64,000 bases of DNA from Pelagomonas calceolata (Eukaryota): assembly GCA_918797485.1 (NCBI GenBank), contig CAKKNE010000001.1, positions 3,720,001 to 3,784,000 of the forward strand. The letters run 5' to 3'. The position numbers and the translations under genes were made by a program. Positions 40,922 through 50,471 of the stretch are shown here, piece after piece (within the stretch, counting starts at the first letter, position 1; the number at the start of each line of letters is the position of its first letter). The notes beneath the pieces are model-generated. The model was not told where the DNA came from and did no database searches. It was given only the letters and a program-made list of their open reading frames with translations.

Positions 40922-41239
40922 ATGCTGCGAGCCAGAGTCGCATTGCTCCTTGCTGCATCACTGCGGAGCGGCGCACGCGGCCTCGCCGCACCTCGCAAGA
41001 AGCTGCCAACCAGGCGTGTAGACATCAAGTGCACAGGCTGCAAAGCTCCGCTGTTTCGCTACGCGAAGGGAAACGGCGCCGGCTCGAAGCTCGTGAAGAT
41101 CTACGACGAACGGATCGTCAAGGATTATACCGAGGATCAGCAGCACTGCCCACAGTGCGGAGAGCAGTTCGCCCGTGAGGCGCTCGTGCACGGCCGACTT
41201 GCGTACAAGGTCATAAACGGCAAGGTCTCCATGAAGTGA
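40922..41239 (+). CDS. Small zinc-ribbon protein (CxxC...CxxC) with N-terminal targeting peptide
   Basis: MLRARVALLLAASLRSGARGL...IKCTGCKAPLFRYAKGNGAGSKLVK...HCPQCGEQFAR. Confidence 0.75.
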   Translation: MLRARVALLLAASLRSGARGLAAPRKKLPTRRVDIKCTGCKAPLFRYAKGNGAGSKLVKIYDERIVKDYTEDQQHCPQCGEQFAREALVHGRLAYKVINGKVSMK

Positions 41240-41241
41240 AG

Positions 41242-42318
41242 ATGAACGACAAGCTGGCCGCATTAGTCGACAAATGCGCGTCCACCCGAGGGGCGCCCGC
41301 GGCGGCCGAACTCTTTCAGCACATCGCGCAGCTGCTGAGCGAGGACGTCGAACGGGACTCGCGACCTGAGCTACGCTCGGCGCTGTTCCGCGTCGCGCGG
41401 GCGGGCGCAGCTGCCCGGTCCAATAATCCTCGCGCGGCCCTCGCCCTGCTCGACGGCGCCTGGCTCCGCTGCCGCGACGATCGCGACCGGGCCACGCTCC
41501 TGGCCGAGGCGGAACGGCTGCATGCGGCCGCCGTCGCCGCATCGACGTTCGCGGCAGCGGCGCTTGACGCCTGGCCCGACGCGGAGGACGCGGCGCCTCC
41601 CGCCATGAATACGGCCCCGCACGTCTACGAGCGCGCTGTCGCCACGTGGCCCGCCGTCACGCGGTGGCGGTCGCCGCGTTACTGGGTTGCTGAACTTGGG
41701 GCGCGCATCGTTCCTGTGGAAGTAGGCATCGCGCACCGCGACTCGGACCTCGCGCAGCAGCGGCTGGTGCCCTTTGGCGAGTACGTCGATGCCGTGCTCC
41801 TGCCGCTCGCGCGCGGGGAGGCGGCGAGTCTCGGTGGTACCGTGTGCGCCGTCTCCGAAGTCGTGCCCGTCACATCAGCGCGAACGGTCGCTTACCTGGC
41901 ACAGCACCCGCTGCTCGAGCAGTGCCCGCAGCTGGCGAGAGACGCCGCGCCCTGGCCGCGGTTCGTGCAAGACGCCATCGCGCTCGGGCCGCGCGCGCAG
42001 CGATCGCTCGAGCCCATCGTCTCGGCCTGGGTGGCGCCCCGCGGCGCCACGACGCCGCTGCACTTCGATCGGCACCCGAACTACTTGTGCCACGTCGTCG
42101 GAAGAAAGTTGGTGTACTTGTGGCCCCCCGATACGCCGACGATCCCTCGCAACGCGCCTCCGGCCGAAAACACGTCGCCGCTCGACGCCGCGTCCCTCGT
42201 CGACGCCTGCGAGCTCCGCGCGGATCTGCGACCGGGCGACGTGCTCTTCATTCCCGAGGGCTGGTGGCACTATGTCGTCACTCCGGTGACCTCTGTTTCT
42301 GTAAGTATATGGTTCTAG
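41242..42318 (+). CDS. JmjC/cupin 2OG-Fe(II) oxygenase (JMJD5/KDM8-like)
   Basis: WPAVTRW...RIVPVEVG, AYLAQHPLLEQCPQL, TPLHFD (HxD), GRK and LRPGDVLFIPEGWWHYV. Confidence 0.9.
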   Translation: MNDKLAALVDKCASTRGAPAAAELFQHIAQLLSEDVERDSRPELRSALFRVARAGAAARSNNPRAALALLDGAWLRCRDDRDRATLLAEAERLHAAAVAASTFAAAALDAWPDAEDAAPPAMNTAPHVYERAVATWPAVTRWRSPRYWVAELGARIVPVEVGIAHRDSDLAQQRLVPFGEYVDAVLLPLARGEAASLGGTVCAVSEVVPVTSARTVAYLAQHPLLEQCPQLARDAAPWPRFVQDAIALGPRAQRSLEPIVSAWVAPRGATTPLHFDRHPNYLCHVVGRKLVYLWPPDTPTIPRNAPPAENTSPLDAASLVDACELRADLRPGDVLFIPEGWWHYVVTPVTSVSVSIWF

Positions 42319-43445
42319 ATATTAGACTTCTTGGTGGCGGATCGAGTTGCGCCGAGTGGAAGTATCGATTCTGGCATGCGGCGGTGGCCGCCCGCAGCGC
42401 CGCCACCCTGTGAAGGGCCGCGGTTTACGTTTAGCGCGTGCTCGGCGGTGGCGTGCGCGCCGGTGGCATCGCGCCGCACGAGCGCGTCGTGGCACCGCGC
42501 GTTCTGGGCGTCCCGCTTATCCGACCGCAGCGCGTGCTGCTTCGAGATCAGGCGGATCTGGTTGTTGTGCCGCCACGGCCTATTGTCAAAGCTAAAGCCG
42601 GGCACGTCGCGCACAGCGACTTTGTGTGAGGCGAAGAACGCCGACACGACGATGTCGTCGACGACGCGACACGTCGGCTCCAGTCGAGCCGCCGTGGCGG
42701 CGTAGGCCGCGAGAGCGCCATCCAGAGCCAAGTCTGTACGAATACCGACGCCCCGCGCCCCGTACGCGATGTTAATACGAGGCCGCCACCCGAAAAACTG
42801 CGACGGCGGTGACTGCACCGTGAACACCGTGTCCGGCTCCGCTCGTAAAGCTGCGGCGTAGCGCTCGACCATGTGGCGCTTGTAGACGTGGTCGTCATCA
42901 AGAACAAGTAAAAACCGCGGGTGGCCGCGCGGGCGCGTCGCGCGGATGGCGGCCTCCGCCCCTATATATTTTTCGATGGGACCGCGATCGGACGCCGCCC
43001 TGACAAAGTGCACGTCCACCGTGTGTCGCCCGCGATGCCTCGATAAGTAGGACGGGCACAAATTCGGCCGGGCGTGGTCGCCGCCGTCGACCACATAAAT
43101 GGCCCTCGGCACCGTCCAGCCCGCGGCGAGGGACCGCAGCATGAGCGGCAACGTCTCGCTTCGCTGCGGGAGCGTCGTCAGGGACACCACGAGATCCGAA
43201 GCCACTTCCGGTGGATTGTGAAACGGCCAGACGTGGCGGTGCCGCAAGCCGCACGTTAGTATTTGACCCGGTTCTAGGGGAGGCGGCGGCTGGTGGCGCC
43301 GGTCGTAGTTTACCGCGGCGAATATCGCTCCGGCTACCAAGGTTGTGAGCAGGGCCGCGCGCCGCCACCGCGGGCGGGCAGTTTCTTCTCCTTCGTCGTC
43401 GGTGGACCTTGACCGCTTCTTGACCTCGAAGGTCGGCAGCTCCAT
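42315..43445 (-). CDS. Type II membrane GT-A-like glycosyltransferase
   Basis: N-terminal TM segment; VVSLTTLPQR, DRGPIEKY, LVLDDDHVY (DxD) and VDDIVVSAFFA. Confidence 0.75.
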   Translation of the reverse strand: MELPTFEVKKRSRSTDDEGEETARPRWRRAALLTTLVAGAIFAAVNYDRRHQPPPPLEPGQILTCGLRHRHVWPFHNPPEVASDLVVSLTTLPQRSETLPLMLRSLAAGWTVPRAIYVVDGGDHARPNLCPSYLSRHRGRHTVDVHFVRAASDRGPIEKYIGAEAAIRATRPRGHPRFLLVLDDDHVYKRHMVERYAAALRAEPDTVFTVQSPPSQFFGWRPRINIAYGARGVGIRTDLALDGALAAYAATAARLEPTCRVVDDIVVSAFFASHKVAVRDVPGFSFDNRPWRHNNQIRLISKQHALRSDKRDAQNARCHDALVRRDATGAHATAEHALNVNRGPSQGGGAAGGHRRMPESILPLGATRSATKKSNI

Positions 43446-43607
43446 GAAAATGTTTTGCTGCGATTCCTATCTTTTAGCCTGCGCGGTCCTGCTTAGAGAT
43501 TCGACTCGTCGCGCCTGCAGTCCTGCTTTAAGCGCCTCAGCAGTTGCTCACTGCGCAAAACGCGCCAGGCGCAACGCGCCTGTAAAATGTCGACGTTGTG
43601 TATATCG

Positions 43608-43630
43608 CTAGTGTGTTTATTGACGCTAGC
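43608..43630 (-). promoter_or_regulatory. CTAG-N14-CTAG upstream motif copy
   Basis: Reverse complement GCTAGCGtcaataaacacaCTAG in the divergent gap 43445(-)/43726(+). Confidence 0.5.
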
Positions 43631-43725
43631 AAGCGATCCGGATTCAAGCGGGCCTAACACGCCGCAACGCTCTTCTGAGCATCGATGCTCTCACTCTAAT
43701 AGCTGTGCGACCGCCTCAAGCCGCC

Positions 43726-45234
43726 ATGCGGGCATCCTTGTTCGTCCTGCTGACCGCTGGCACGACTGCCACCACCAACCCAGCAGTGCCGCGCGCCGTA
43801 CACCGCGGCGGCGAGACGGCCCAAAAGAAGACGCTCGACGATTTTTTACGGCATCTGGGCGACGGCGAGCTTGCCACCGTCTGGGAGCAAACTCCGAAGC
43901 TCTGGCGGCGCGTCGACGGCTGCGGCCCCGAGCTCTTCTCTTTCGAGGACGCCATCAAGGGCGCCGAGGCGGGCCTGCTGGACAACGCGGCCGTCGCGGA
44001 CGGCGCGCAGGCCGAAGCGGGGCGCTGGGTCGCGGAGAAGGCGGGCGCCGCGTCGGCGGACGATTTGAAGCGGGCGCTCGCGAAAGGCACGGTCTTCTTC
44101 AACGGCGCGGGCCTGGCCTTCCCGGCGCTCGCGGCCCTCGGCGCCGCGTGCCACCGCTTCCTTGGATTACCGGCGAACATCAATGTGTACGTCACGGATC
44201 CACGGAGAGAGGTCTCCGTGTCGCCGCACTCGGACGCGCAGAACGTTTTAGTTTTTCAGTGTTCTGGAATGAAGCGCTGGCGCGTCTGGCCCTGTGTGGA
44301 ATTGCCACGCCATCGCACAGACGCAGCTACGGAAGCACGTCGCGTCGATGGCGTGGGGCGCCCGAAATTTGATTTCCACACAGGTCTGGCCGCCGCCGCC
44401 GCGCGAACGCGGCAAAGATCCCTTCGGGCGCGGCAAGGGCGGCGACCGCGTCGAGGGTTTGGGCGAGCCCGTCTTGGACGTGACATTACAACCAGGTGAT
44501 GTTTTATACGTCCCGCTGGGCTGGGTCCACGCGACGTCGACGGCGGACAGCGCCGAGCGCAGCTGCCACGCGACGCTGGGCGTCGACACGTACTTCTACG
44601 GCCTCTGCTGGTCGAACGCGCGTAGCATCGCGCTGGCGCGCAACCGCGTCGGCGACGACGTCGACCCCGGCGCGCTCGACGAGGGGACCTTTTCCCGGCT
44701 CTACGGCGCGGTGCCCGTGGGCTTCCTGCGACCTCAGGCCTTAGACAACGAGGCCTGGCTTGAACACTTCGTGACGGAGCTCCGGGCGCTGCAGGAGGCT
44801 GTGGGCGGTGCGTCGCCGCTCGGAGACGACGCGTCGCTCCGGGACCTCGCGCGGTTCTACCTCACGTACGCGCGCGACCTGATCGACGAGCGCAAGTACC
44901 AGTGCATAAATCAAATTGTCCGCGGCGCGGTCTCCGCCACTGCCGAATCATGACCCCACGCCATCGACGCGACGCCACCCCGATGGCGTGGCGTTGTGGT
45001 CTATTACTGCTCGTTCCAGCCAACACGGCCGCGTTTTTGCCGAGAAAGGACTTCGATCGTGCACTCGAATCACTGGTTGATTTGCTCACAGGCAAGTACG
45101 CCGACGTACCAGAACCGGCGCCGCGCGGCTCGTTCGCCGCGCTGGCGGCGCGCGCGTCGCGGGACGCGCGGAACAGCCGCGAGGAGCGCGTGCGGAACGG
45201 GCTCGTGGCGTTCGCGCGCGGGAGTAGTGGTTGA
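43726..45234 (+). CDS. JmjC oxygenase (RIOX/NO66/RoxA-like); exons 43726-44283, 44384-44891, 45092-45234
   Basis: NINVYVT...PHSDAQNVLVFQCSGMKRWR|VWPPP...LQPGDVLYVPLGWVH...CHATLG. Three ORF-track fragments join in frame once the two introner introns are removed. Confidence 0.9.
44292..44383 (+). mobile_element. Introner element IE-2 (GT-AG intron 44284-44383, 100 nt)
   Basis: TIR ctgtgtggaat.../...atttccacacag with perfect 8-bp TSD gtctggcc (44284-91 and 44384-91). Removal restores the JmjC frame. Confidence 0.95.
44900..45091 (+). mobile_element. Introner element IE-3 (GC-AG intron 44892-45091, 200 nt)
   Basis: Degenerate TIR cagtgcataaatcaa...ttgatttgctcacag with perfect 8-bp TSD gcaagtac (44892-99 and 45092-99). 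Removal gives LIDER|KYADVPEP in frame. Confidence 0.92.
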
Positions 45235-45476
45235 TTCATTCAATTTAGTCTTTGCGTCGTGAAGGGGATGAGCGACGGCTCCGGCGGTGCTTAGTAACTC
45301 GCGTCTCAGGGCGACCCCCCCTTGCCACTGGGCCTTGGGCCACCAAAAGGGCCAGTAGCCTGAGTTTGAATTCAGAGGCCACCTAAGCCGGCAAGCGCCC
45401 TGCCGCGCCGCGCCCCGCCCGCTCCACCCGCCCGCGCCCGCCCGCCCCGCCGCGCCGCGCCCCCTAAGTAGCAAAA

Positions 45477-46939
45477 ATGTCCACCGGCGGCAATAAAACC
45501 CTGCCGGGCATCATGGGCCTCTTCGCGAAGACCAAAACACCAGCGCAAGCGCTCGTTGAGGTCGGCGCCCTCGCCACCAAGCTCAAGCGCAAGCCCCCCG
45601 TCCTCCTGCTGGAAGACGACAAGACCAAAACCAAGAAGCAGTCTCCGCGTCTGCTTAAGTTTTCCGCGAGCGCGTCTCGCCTTTCGCGCGCGTCAAAACT
45701 CCCGAGCGAACGACCACGCGCCTCGCAGGCCCAAGAAAGGAGGTATGTACCAGGACCACGAGACCATGAAGTGGGAGAACCCCACGTGCAAAACCACCCT
45801 CGAGGCCATCAAGCCCCTTTTAGCCTCCACTAAATGCGGCGGCGAGCTCACGGACGTGCTCAAGGAGTTAACTCGTGCCCTCGTATGTGAGGATGAATGG
45901 GCCCGTCAGGTCGAGCGCGAGGTGAATGAGGAGCGTAAGCCCTGTGCAGAAGACTAGTATGCATGTCACTACCTAATCACAGGCAACAAACGCGCCGCGA
46001 TCATCGACAACGGCCAAATAGGAAAGAATCGCGTATTCGCCAGCGGTCTAGTCTTCTGGTTATGTCTGGAAAAAACTCATTCGTTCAAGGCGCGGTTCCC
46101 GCAATGCCCGCAGCTCGTCGACGACCTCAATGCAGCGCGCAAGCGCGCATACGTTCGGGGTCCGAAGCCCGACAGCTTCTCTGTCGCCAAGGGGCTCCAC
46201 GGCGTCCACAAGATTTTGACTTGCGAGGCGGCCGAGGGCGGGCAGACCTTGTACTACGAGACTTGGAAGGCGATGAACAGCTGCGGCCTCGCGCGCGTCG
46301 GCAATGCGGGCGGAGAATTTGGCATTGGCTTTGGAGTTGATGCTGCAAAGAAAGAAGAGATCTTCGAGGCCCTGCGCGCCGAGTTCGCCCCGGCGGCTGC
46401 ATATTTCGGTGAACTGTATGCTCGCAAGGCCAATCGTAAGGATTGCTCCTGCGTTCTCGAGAAGAACCAGACCGCAACGCTCGAAATTATACCGATGGGG
46501 CGCACGAACCCTTACGGTTTGCAGAAGGTGTGGGACGTGGACGCGCAACGGTTCAAATGGCTCGGAGGCGGCGTGGCGGGTCAAACGCCAGCATATCGGC
46601 GTGGAAATCGATATTCAGCGTCGACATCGCCGTCGACGCCGCTACGGCTCCGTTAGTGCTGTGACAGTTGTGTTGGCACGCAGGTATGTGACCGTCAAAG
46701 CCGGGAAGGACGGCGGCCCTGGCTTCTACTACAACTGTTTTGTTCACCACGAGCACCCCTTCAACAAGTTACTGGTGGCCCTTGCAAACGAAGTGGGTCT
46801 CGAGAAAACCGGATTTGCACACACGCACCAAAAATGGCGCGAGAACAAGGGCGTCTTGCTGTTCAACGGCTACCCGTTAGGTTTGACTATCAAGGAAGGC
46901 GACGAGGTCATCCACAAATTCATCCGGACGCACGGCTGA
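45477..46939 (+). CDS. Four-exon hypothetical protein
   Basis: Exon 1 starts MSTGGNK. Acceptor cctcgcag ends at 45728. Clear 48-nt intron 45935-45982 (GTAAGC...CTAAT...CAG). Third acceptor gcacgcag at ~46683 leads to YVTVKAGK...FIRTHG*. The donors of introns 1 and 3 are ambiguous. Confidence 0.6.
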
Positions 46940-47138
46940 ACCGCTCCGCGGATTGCAGCTCGGCACCCCGCGCCCAAGCTTAGCGGGTTCCCCATCGCGA
47001 CGATCGACCAGAGGCAGTGACACTGTTGAGCCGAGCGGGCCGGGCGCCGCCGACGCCTCTGTCGTTCCCCCCCGCGCCGCCGTTGCTGACTAATATTACT
47101 TACTTTCACGCGCTTGAGGCGACGGCGCCGCGCCCAGA

Positions 47139-47160
47139 GCTAGCGACAGTAAGACACTAG
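47139..47160 (+). promoter_or_regulatory. CTAG-N13-CTAG upstream motif copy
   Basis: GCTAGCGacagtaagacaCTAGcaagc, ~120 bp before ATG 47279. Confidence 0.55.
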
Positions 47161-47278
47161 CAAGCAGGGCAAGGGGGATCAGCCTGCCTGAGCCGAAATC
47201 GATCGCAAATAGCTGGCGAAGTAGTGCCAGCCAGCAGCTAAGACCCAAAGCACAGGAGCGCACCACGCCTGCGCATGC

Positions 47279-48772
47279 ATGCGAGCCATGCGGTGGCTCA
47301 TGATCACAGCCGCCTGCCTGGCCGCGGCGACGGCGGATGAATACGAATTCTGGGACGCATGTGCAGCCGGAGACACCAAAGAGATGGAAAACCTGCTGGA
47401 CGCAGCAGCGGACATCGACCTGAACTATCCGGACGAGGACGGCCGCACGCCGCTCCTGCTCGCGGCGCTCCAGGACCGCGCGGCCGCGGCGCGCTTTCTT
47501 TTGGAGCGGGGCGCGGACGCCGAGGCCGTCGGGCGCTGGCCCGGGCCGCCCGACGGCCCGCTCGCGACGGCCGCGGCGCTCGGCCACGTCGCCACCATGG
47601 ACGCGCTGCTGGAAGGCGGCGCGTCCGCCAACGCGGCGACGGGGCCGGACGGCCGGACGCCCCTCATCGCCGCTGCGGAGGCTGGATCATCAGAAGCCGT
47701 CGCTCTACTCTTGTCCGTGGGCGCCGCGGTCGACGCAAGGCGCGCCGACGGCGCGACGGCGGCGTGCGCGGCGGCGGCGGGCGGCCACGGCGATGTTTTA
47801 AGACGATTGCTGGATGCGGGGGCCGATGTCCACGTCGCGGACACTTTAAGTGGCGAGTCGCTGCTCCACTACGCGGCGCGCGCGCCGACGGCCGACGCGG
47901 TAGAAGTGGCGCTCGCGGCCGGCGCCGATGTTGGTAGAAGGTCCGGCGTCGGCGTGCCGACGGACGTGTCCGAAGCGTATGACGAAGGCCAGGAGCCGCG
48001 GCGCGAGGACTTGAGAGGAGGCCTCACGCCGCTCATGGCGGCGGCGGCATCTTCATCACACGAAGCCCTGGAGGTTCTGCTCGCCGCCGCGAAGCGCTCG
48101 TTGGGATCGGATTTCCCGTCGTACGTCGACGCCGTCGACGCGAGCGGCCGGACAGCTTTAGCTTGGGCCGCCGCGGCGCCAATCAGGTCGACGGCGTGCA
48201 TTGAGCTCCTCTACGCGTCTGATGCGAGAGACGACTCGGCGACGGTGGACGGTCTAAGTGTGCTGCACCTCGCGTCACAGGGCAACGCGCGCGCGGTCGC
48301 GTACTTTGTGGACGTGAAAGGTTTCGACGTCGACCAGCGCGCGCTAACGGAGAAGAGGCCCACGCCATTGATGCTGGCATCAAAAGCGGGCGCGGTCGCC
48401 GCGGCCAAGGCTTTAATACGGCGCGGCGCGGACGTCGACGCCGCCTCTACAAATGGCGCGACGGCCCTGCACGCCGCCGCGGCCGCGGGCCAGACGGCCG
48501 TCGCGCGGCTGCTCCTGAGGCGCGGCGCGAACGCGCTGGCGCAGGACGCCAGGGGCGAGTTCCCGTCGCAAGCCTGCCCGAAGACGCCGCGCGGCCGCGC
48601 GCTCAAGTACTCGCTGAGCCGCGCGGAGCGCCGGGCCTGGGCGAGGCTTGAAAAAGAGTTCGGTGGCGTCGAGCCGCCCGACGCGGTCGCCGAGGACGGC
48701 GTCGATTCTTCGGTTGTTGAGGATCTCGAGGACGACTCGGTCGTCGACCTCGACGAGCGCGACGAGCTTTAG
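47279..48772 (+). CDS. Ankyrin-repeat protein with signal peptide and C-terminal RDEL
   Basis: Many GxTPLxxAA/GAD repeats; N-terminus MRWLMITAACLAAATA; ends ...DLDERDEL. Confidence 0.9.
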   Translation: MRAMRWLMITAACLAAATADEYEFWDACAAGDTKEMENLLDAAADIDLNYPDEDGRTPLLLAALQDRAAAARFLLERGADAEAVGRWPGPPDGPLATAAALGHVATMDALLEGGASANAATGPDGRTPLIAAAEAGSSEAVALLLSVGAAVDARRADGATAACAAAAGGHGDVLRRLLDAGADVHVADTLSGESLLHYAARAPTADAVEVALAAGADVGRRSGVGVPTDVSEAYDEGQEPRREDLRGGLTPLMAAAASSSHEALEVLLAAAKRSLGSDFPSYVDAVDASGRTALAWAAAAPIRSTACIELLYASDARDDSATVDGLSVLHLASQGNARAVAYFVDVKGFDVDQRALTEKRPTPLMLASKAGAVAAAKALIRRGADVDAASTNGATALHAAAAAGQTAVARLLLRRGANALAQDARGEFPSQACPKTPRGRALKYSLSRAERRAWARLEKEFGGVEPPDAVAEDGVDSSVVEDLEDDSVVDLDERDEL

Positions 48773-48791
48773 TAGTGTTATTTTTGTAGTT

Positions 48792-49220
48792 TTAACTTCC
48801 TGACGACGACGAGGAAGAGCTACTCGACGACGACGACGACGACGAGTCGCTGTCGGAGCTTGACGAGGACGAAGACGACGAGGAAGACGAGGACGAGGAC
48901 GACGACGGCGACCGCTTTCGCCGCTTCGTCGTGGGGAGCGCCGCCTCGACCTTCGGCTTCTTCTGCTCGGGGCAGCGGTCGAGGAACGAGCTGCGCGGCT
49001 CGTCGGGGCAGACGTCCGTGCTCAGCGGCCTCTTCTGGCCGTAGTAGAGCTCGCCCCGCCTCAATTTCGGGTCGAAGCGCGGCCGCGCGGCCTTCGTGTG
49101 GGCGCTTCCGAACACGGCGCCGACGTACGCGTCGGCGCCGCCGAGGTCGTCCGTGTTTCTGGGGACGTAGCGGTCGGCCTGCTTGCTGCGGCGGCTCTGG
49201 GCCTTGCCGTAGCGCTTCAT
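48792..49220 (-). CDS. Small basic protein with poly-Ser tail
   Basis: 142-aa ORF starting at aaaaaATG; Ser tract uses mixed tcg/tcc/agc codons. Confidence 0.6.
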   Translation of the reverse strand: MKRYGKAQSRRSKQADRYVPRNTDDLGGADAYVGAVFGSAHTKAARPRFDPKLRRGELYYGQKRPLSTDVCPDEPRSSFLDRCPEQKKPKVEAALPTTKRRKRSPSSSSSSSSSSSSSSSSSDSDSSSSSSSSSSSSSSSGS

Positions 49221-49420
49221 TTTTTTGTGATTGCTCGTCGGCGTGCAGTGGTATGGGTTGAGAGCGACACACGCCTTGTTTGCAAGTTGTGGTACCGCAG
49301 CTATTGCTACGCCGCAGGCGTCAAGGTGTGCCTTTGCTGTGAAGCGTGCGACACGTCGAGGGTCCAGCGCGGTCGCAGCGGCGTCGTGTGCTCGATTTTT
49401 AGAGGTGAGGGCGCCGCGAG

Positions 49421-49442
49421 GCTAGCGGCACAGACATACTAG
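49421..49442 (+). promoter_or_regulatory. CTAG-N13-CTAG upstream motif copy
   Basis: GCTAGCGgcacagacataCTAG in the divergent gap 49220(-)/49657(+). Confidence 0.5.
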
Positions 49443-49656
49443 TTTTCGGCCGTGGAATTAGCTTTTCAGCGGGCGTAGGCCGACTCCTGCGACCCCAGGG
49501 ATCGTCACGTGGCAGAACTAGTCTCGTTGTACCTCCAGCCAGCTTCTGCTGACAAATCAAGCGGCGCTCCGACCGCAAAGCACTGGACAGCCTGCAGCCC
49601 TGCTATCGGCGCCGCGCATTGATCACATCGCCTCATTCGCTGAGCAAAGTCGGAGC

Positions 49657-50358
49657 ATGGCAGCTCAAAGCTCGCGCGCCGAAGAGAACGCGGCCGTATG
49701 TGCTGCCATCCTCGCCGCCGAAGACCACTACGACGTTCTACAAGTTCCGGGCGGTGCCAAGACCGACGAAATCCGCAGGAACTATTTACGAATATCGGTA
49801 CGCGTCCACCCGGACCGTAACCAGGACCCCAACGCGACGCAAGCCTTCCAGAAGGTCTCCGAGGCCTACGCCGTCTTGAGCGACGAGGAGGCGCGGCGCA
49901 AGTACGACGCCGAGCAATTCATGAGCTCCGCCTCGAACGCGGCGTCGAACGCGGCGGGAGCGGCCTCCGCCGGCGCCGCCGCGGCCGCCGCGACGGCGCG
50001 GCGCGCGTCGGTGCACCTCGACCTCGACCAGGCGCTGCGCGTCTTTCGGGCCGCGACGGCCGCCGCGCGCGCCGCGACGGCCGAGGGCGCCGGCGTGCCC
50101 GAATACCTCGCGCTGGCGGCGGCGTTGACACGCCTGGGCCCCGGCGACGACGACGGCGAGACCGCGGCGATGCTCGCCGGTGGTCTCGGGCTCGCGGCCA
50201 CTGCCGCAGCGCTCCTCCCGGAGAGCTGGCGTCGGCGGGCGCGGGAGACGCTGACGAGCGAGGCCGGCATCGCCGCCGTCGGCACGGCTGCCGTCGCCGG
50301 GCTCGCACTCATGGCCGCGGCGCAGCAGTCCCGCGCGGAGGAGAGGAGTGATTTGTAG
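49657..50358 (+). CDS. DnaJ (J-domain) protein with hydrophobic C-terminal segments
   Basis: DHYDVLQV...IRRNYLRISVRVHPDRNQDPNATQAFQKVSEAYAVLSDEEARRKYD. Confidence 0.9.
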   Translation: MAAQSSRAEENAAVCAAILAAEDHYDVLQVPGGAKTDEIRRNYLRISVRVHPDRNQDPNATQAFQKVSEAYAVLSDEEARRKYDAEQFMSSASNAASNAAGAASAGAAAAAATARRASVHLDLDQALRVFRAATAAARAATAEGAGVPEYLALAAALTRLGPGDDDGETAAMLAGGLGLAATAAALLPESWRRRARETLTSEAGIAAVGTAAVAGLALMAAAQQSRAEERSDL

Positions 50359-50471
50359 AGTAAGTGTTTTGGAGCGAAGCGAACTTGAAGCGAGTACACA
50401 CTGCAGCATTACAAGAACGCACGCGCCGGGAGCGGAGGAGAGGGGTGCGCCGTAGTAACTTGAACACACAA

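Noticed and set aside
46595..46615. gtggaaatcgat resembling the introner TIR (also gtgtggaatc at 58421)
   Set aside because: No partner TIR, TSD or internal hairpin found.
48795..48910. gac/gag trinucleotide runs (also 40355-40460) as microsatellite or CRISPR-like repeats
   Set aside because: They encode poly-Ser tracts on the minus strand. No repeat-spacer array, rRNA or tRNA gene was recognised anywhere in the window.
49438..49522. Weak inverted repeat actagtt...aactagt
   Set aside because: Short, no TSD, and the left arm is explained by the CTAG promoter motif.
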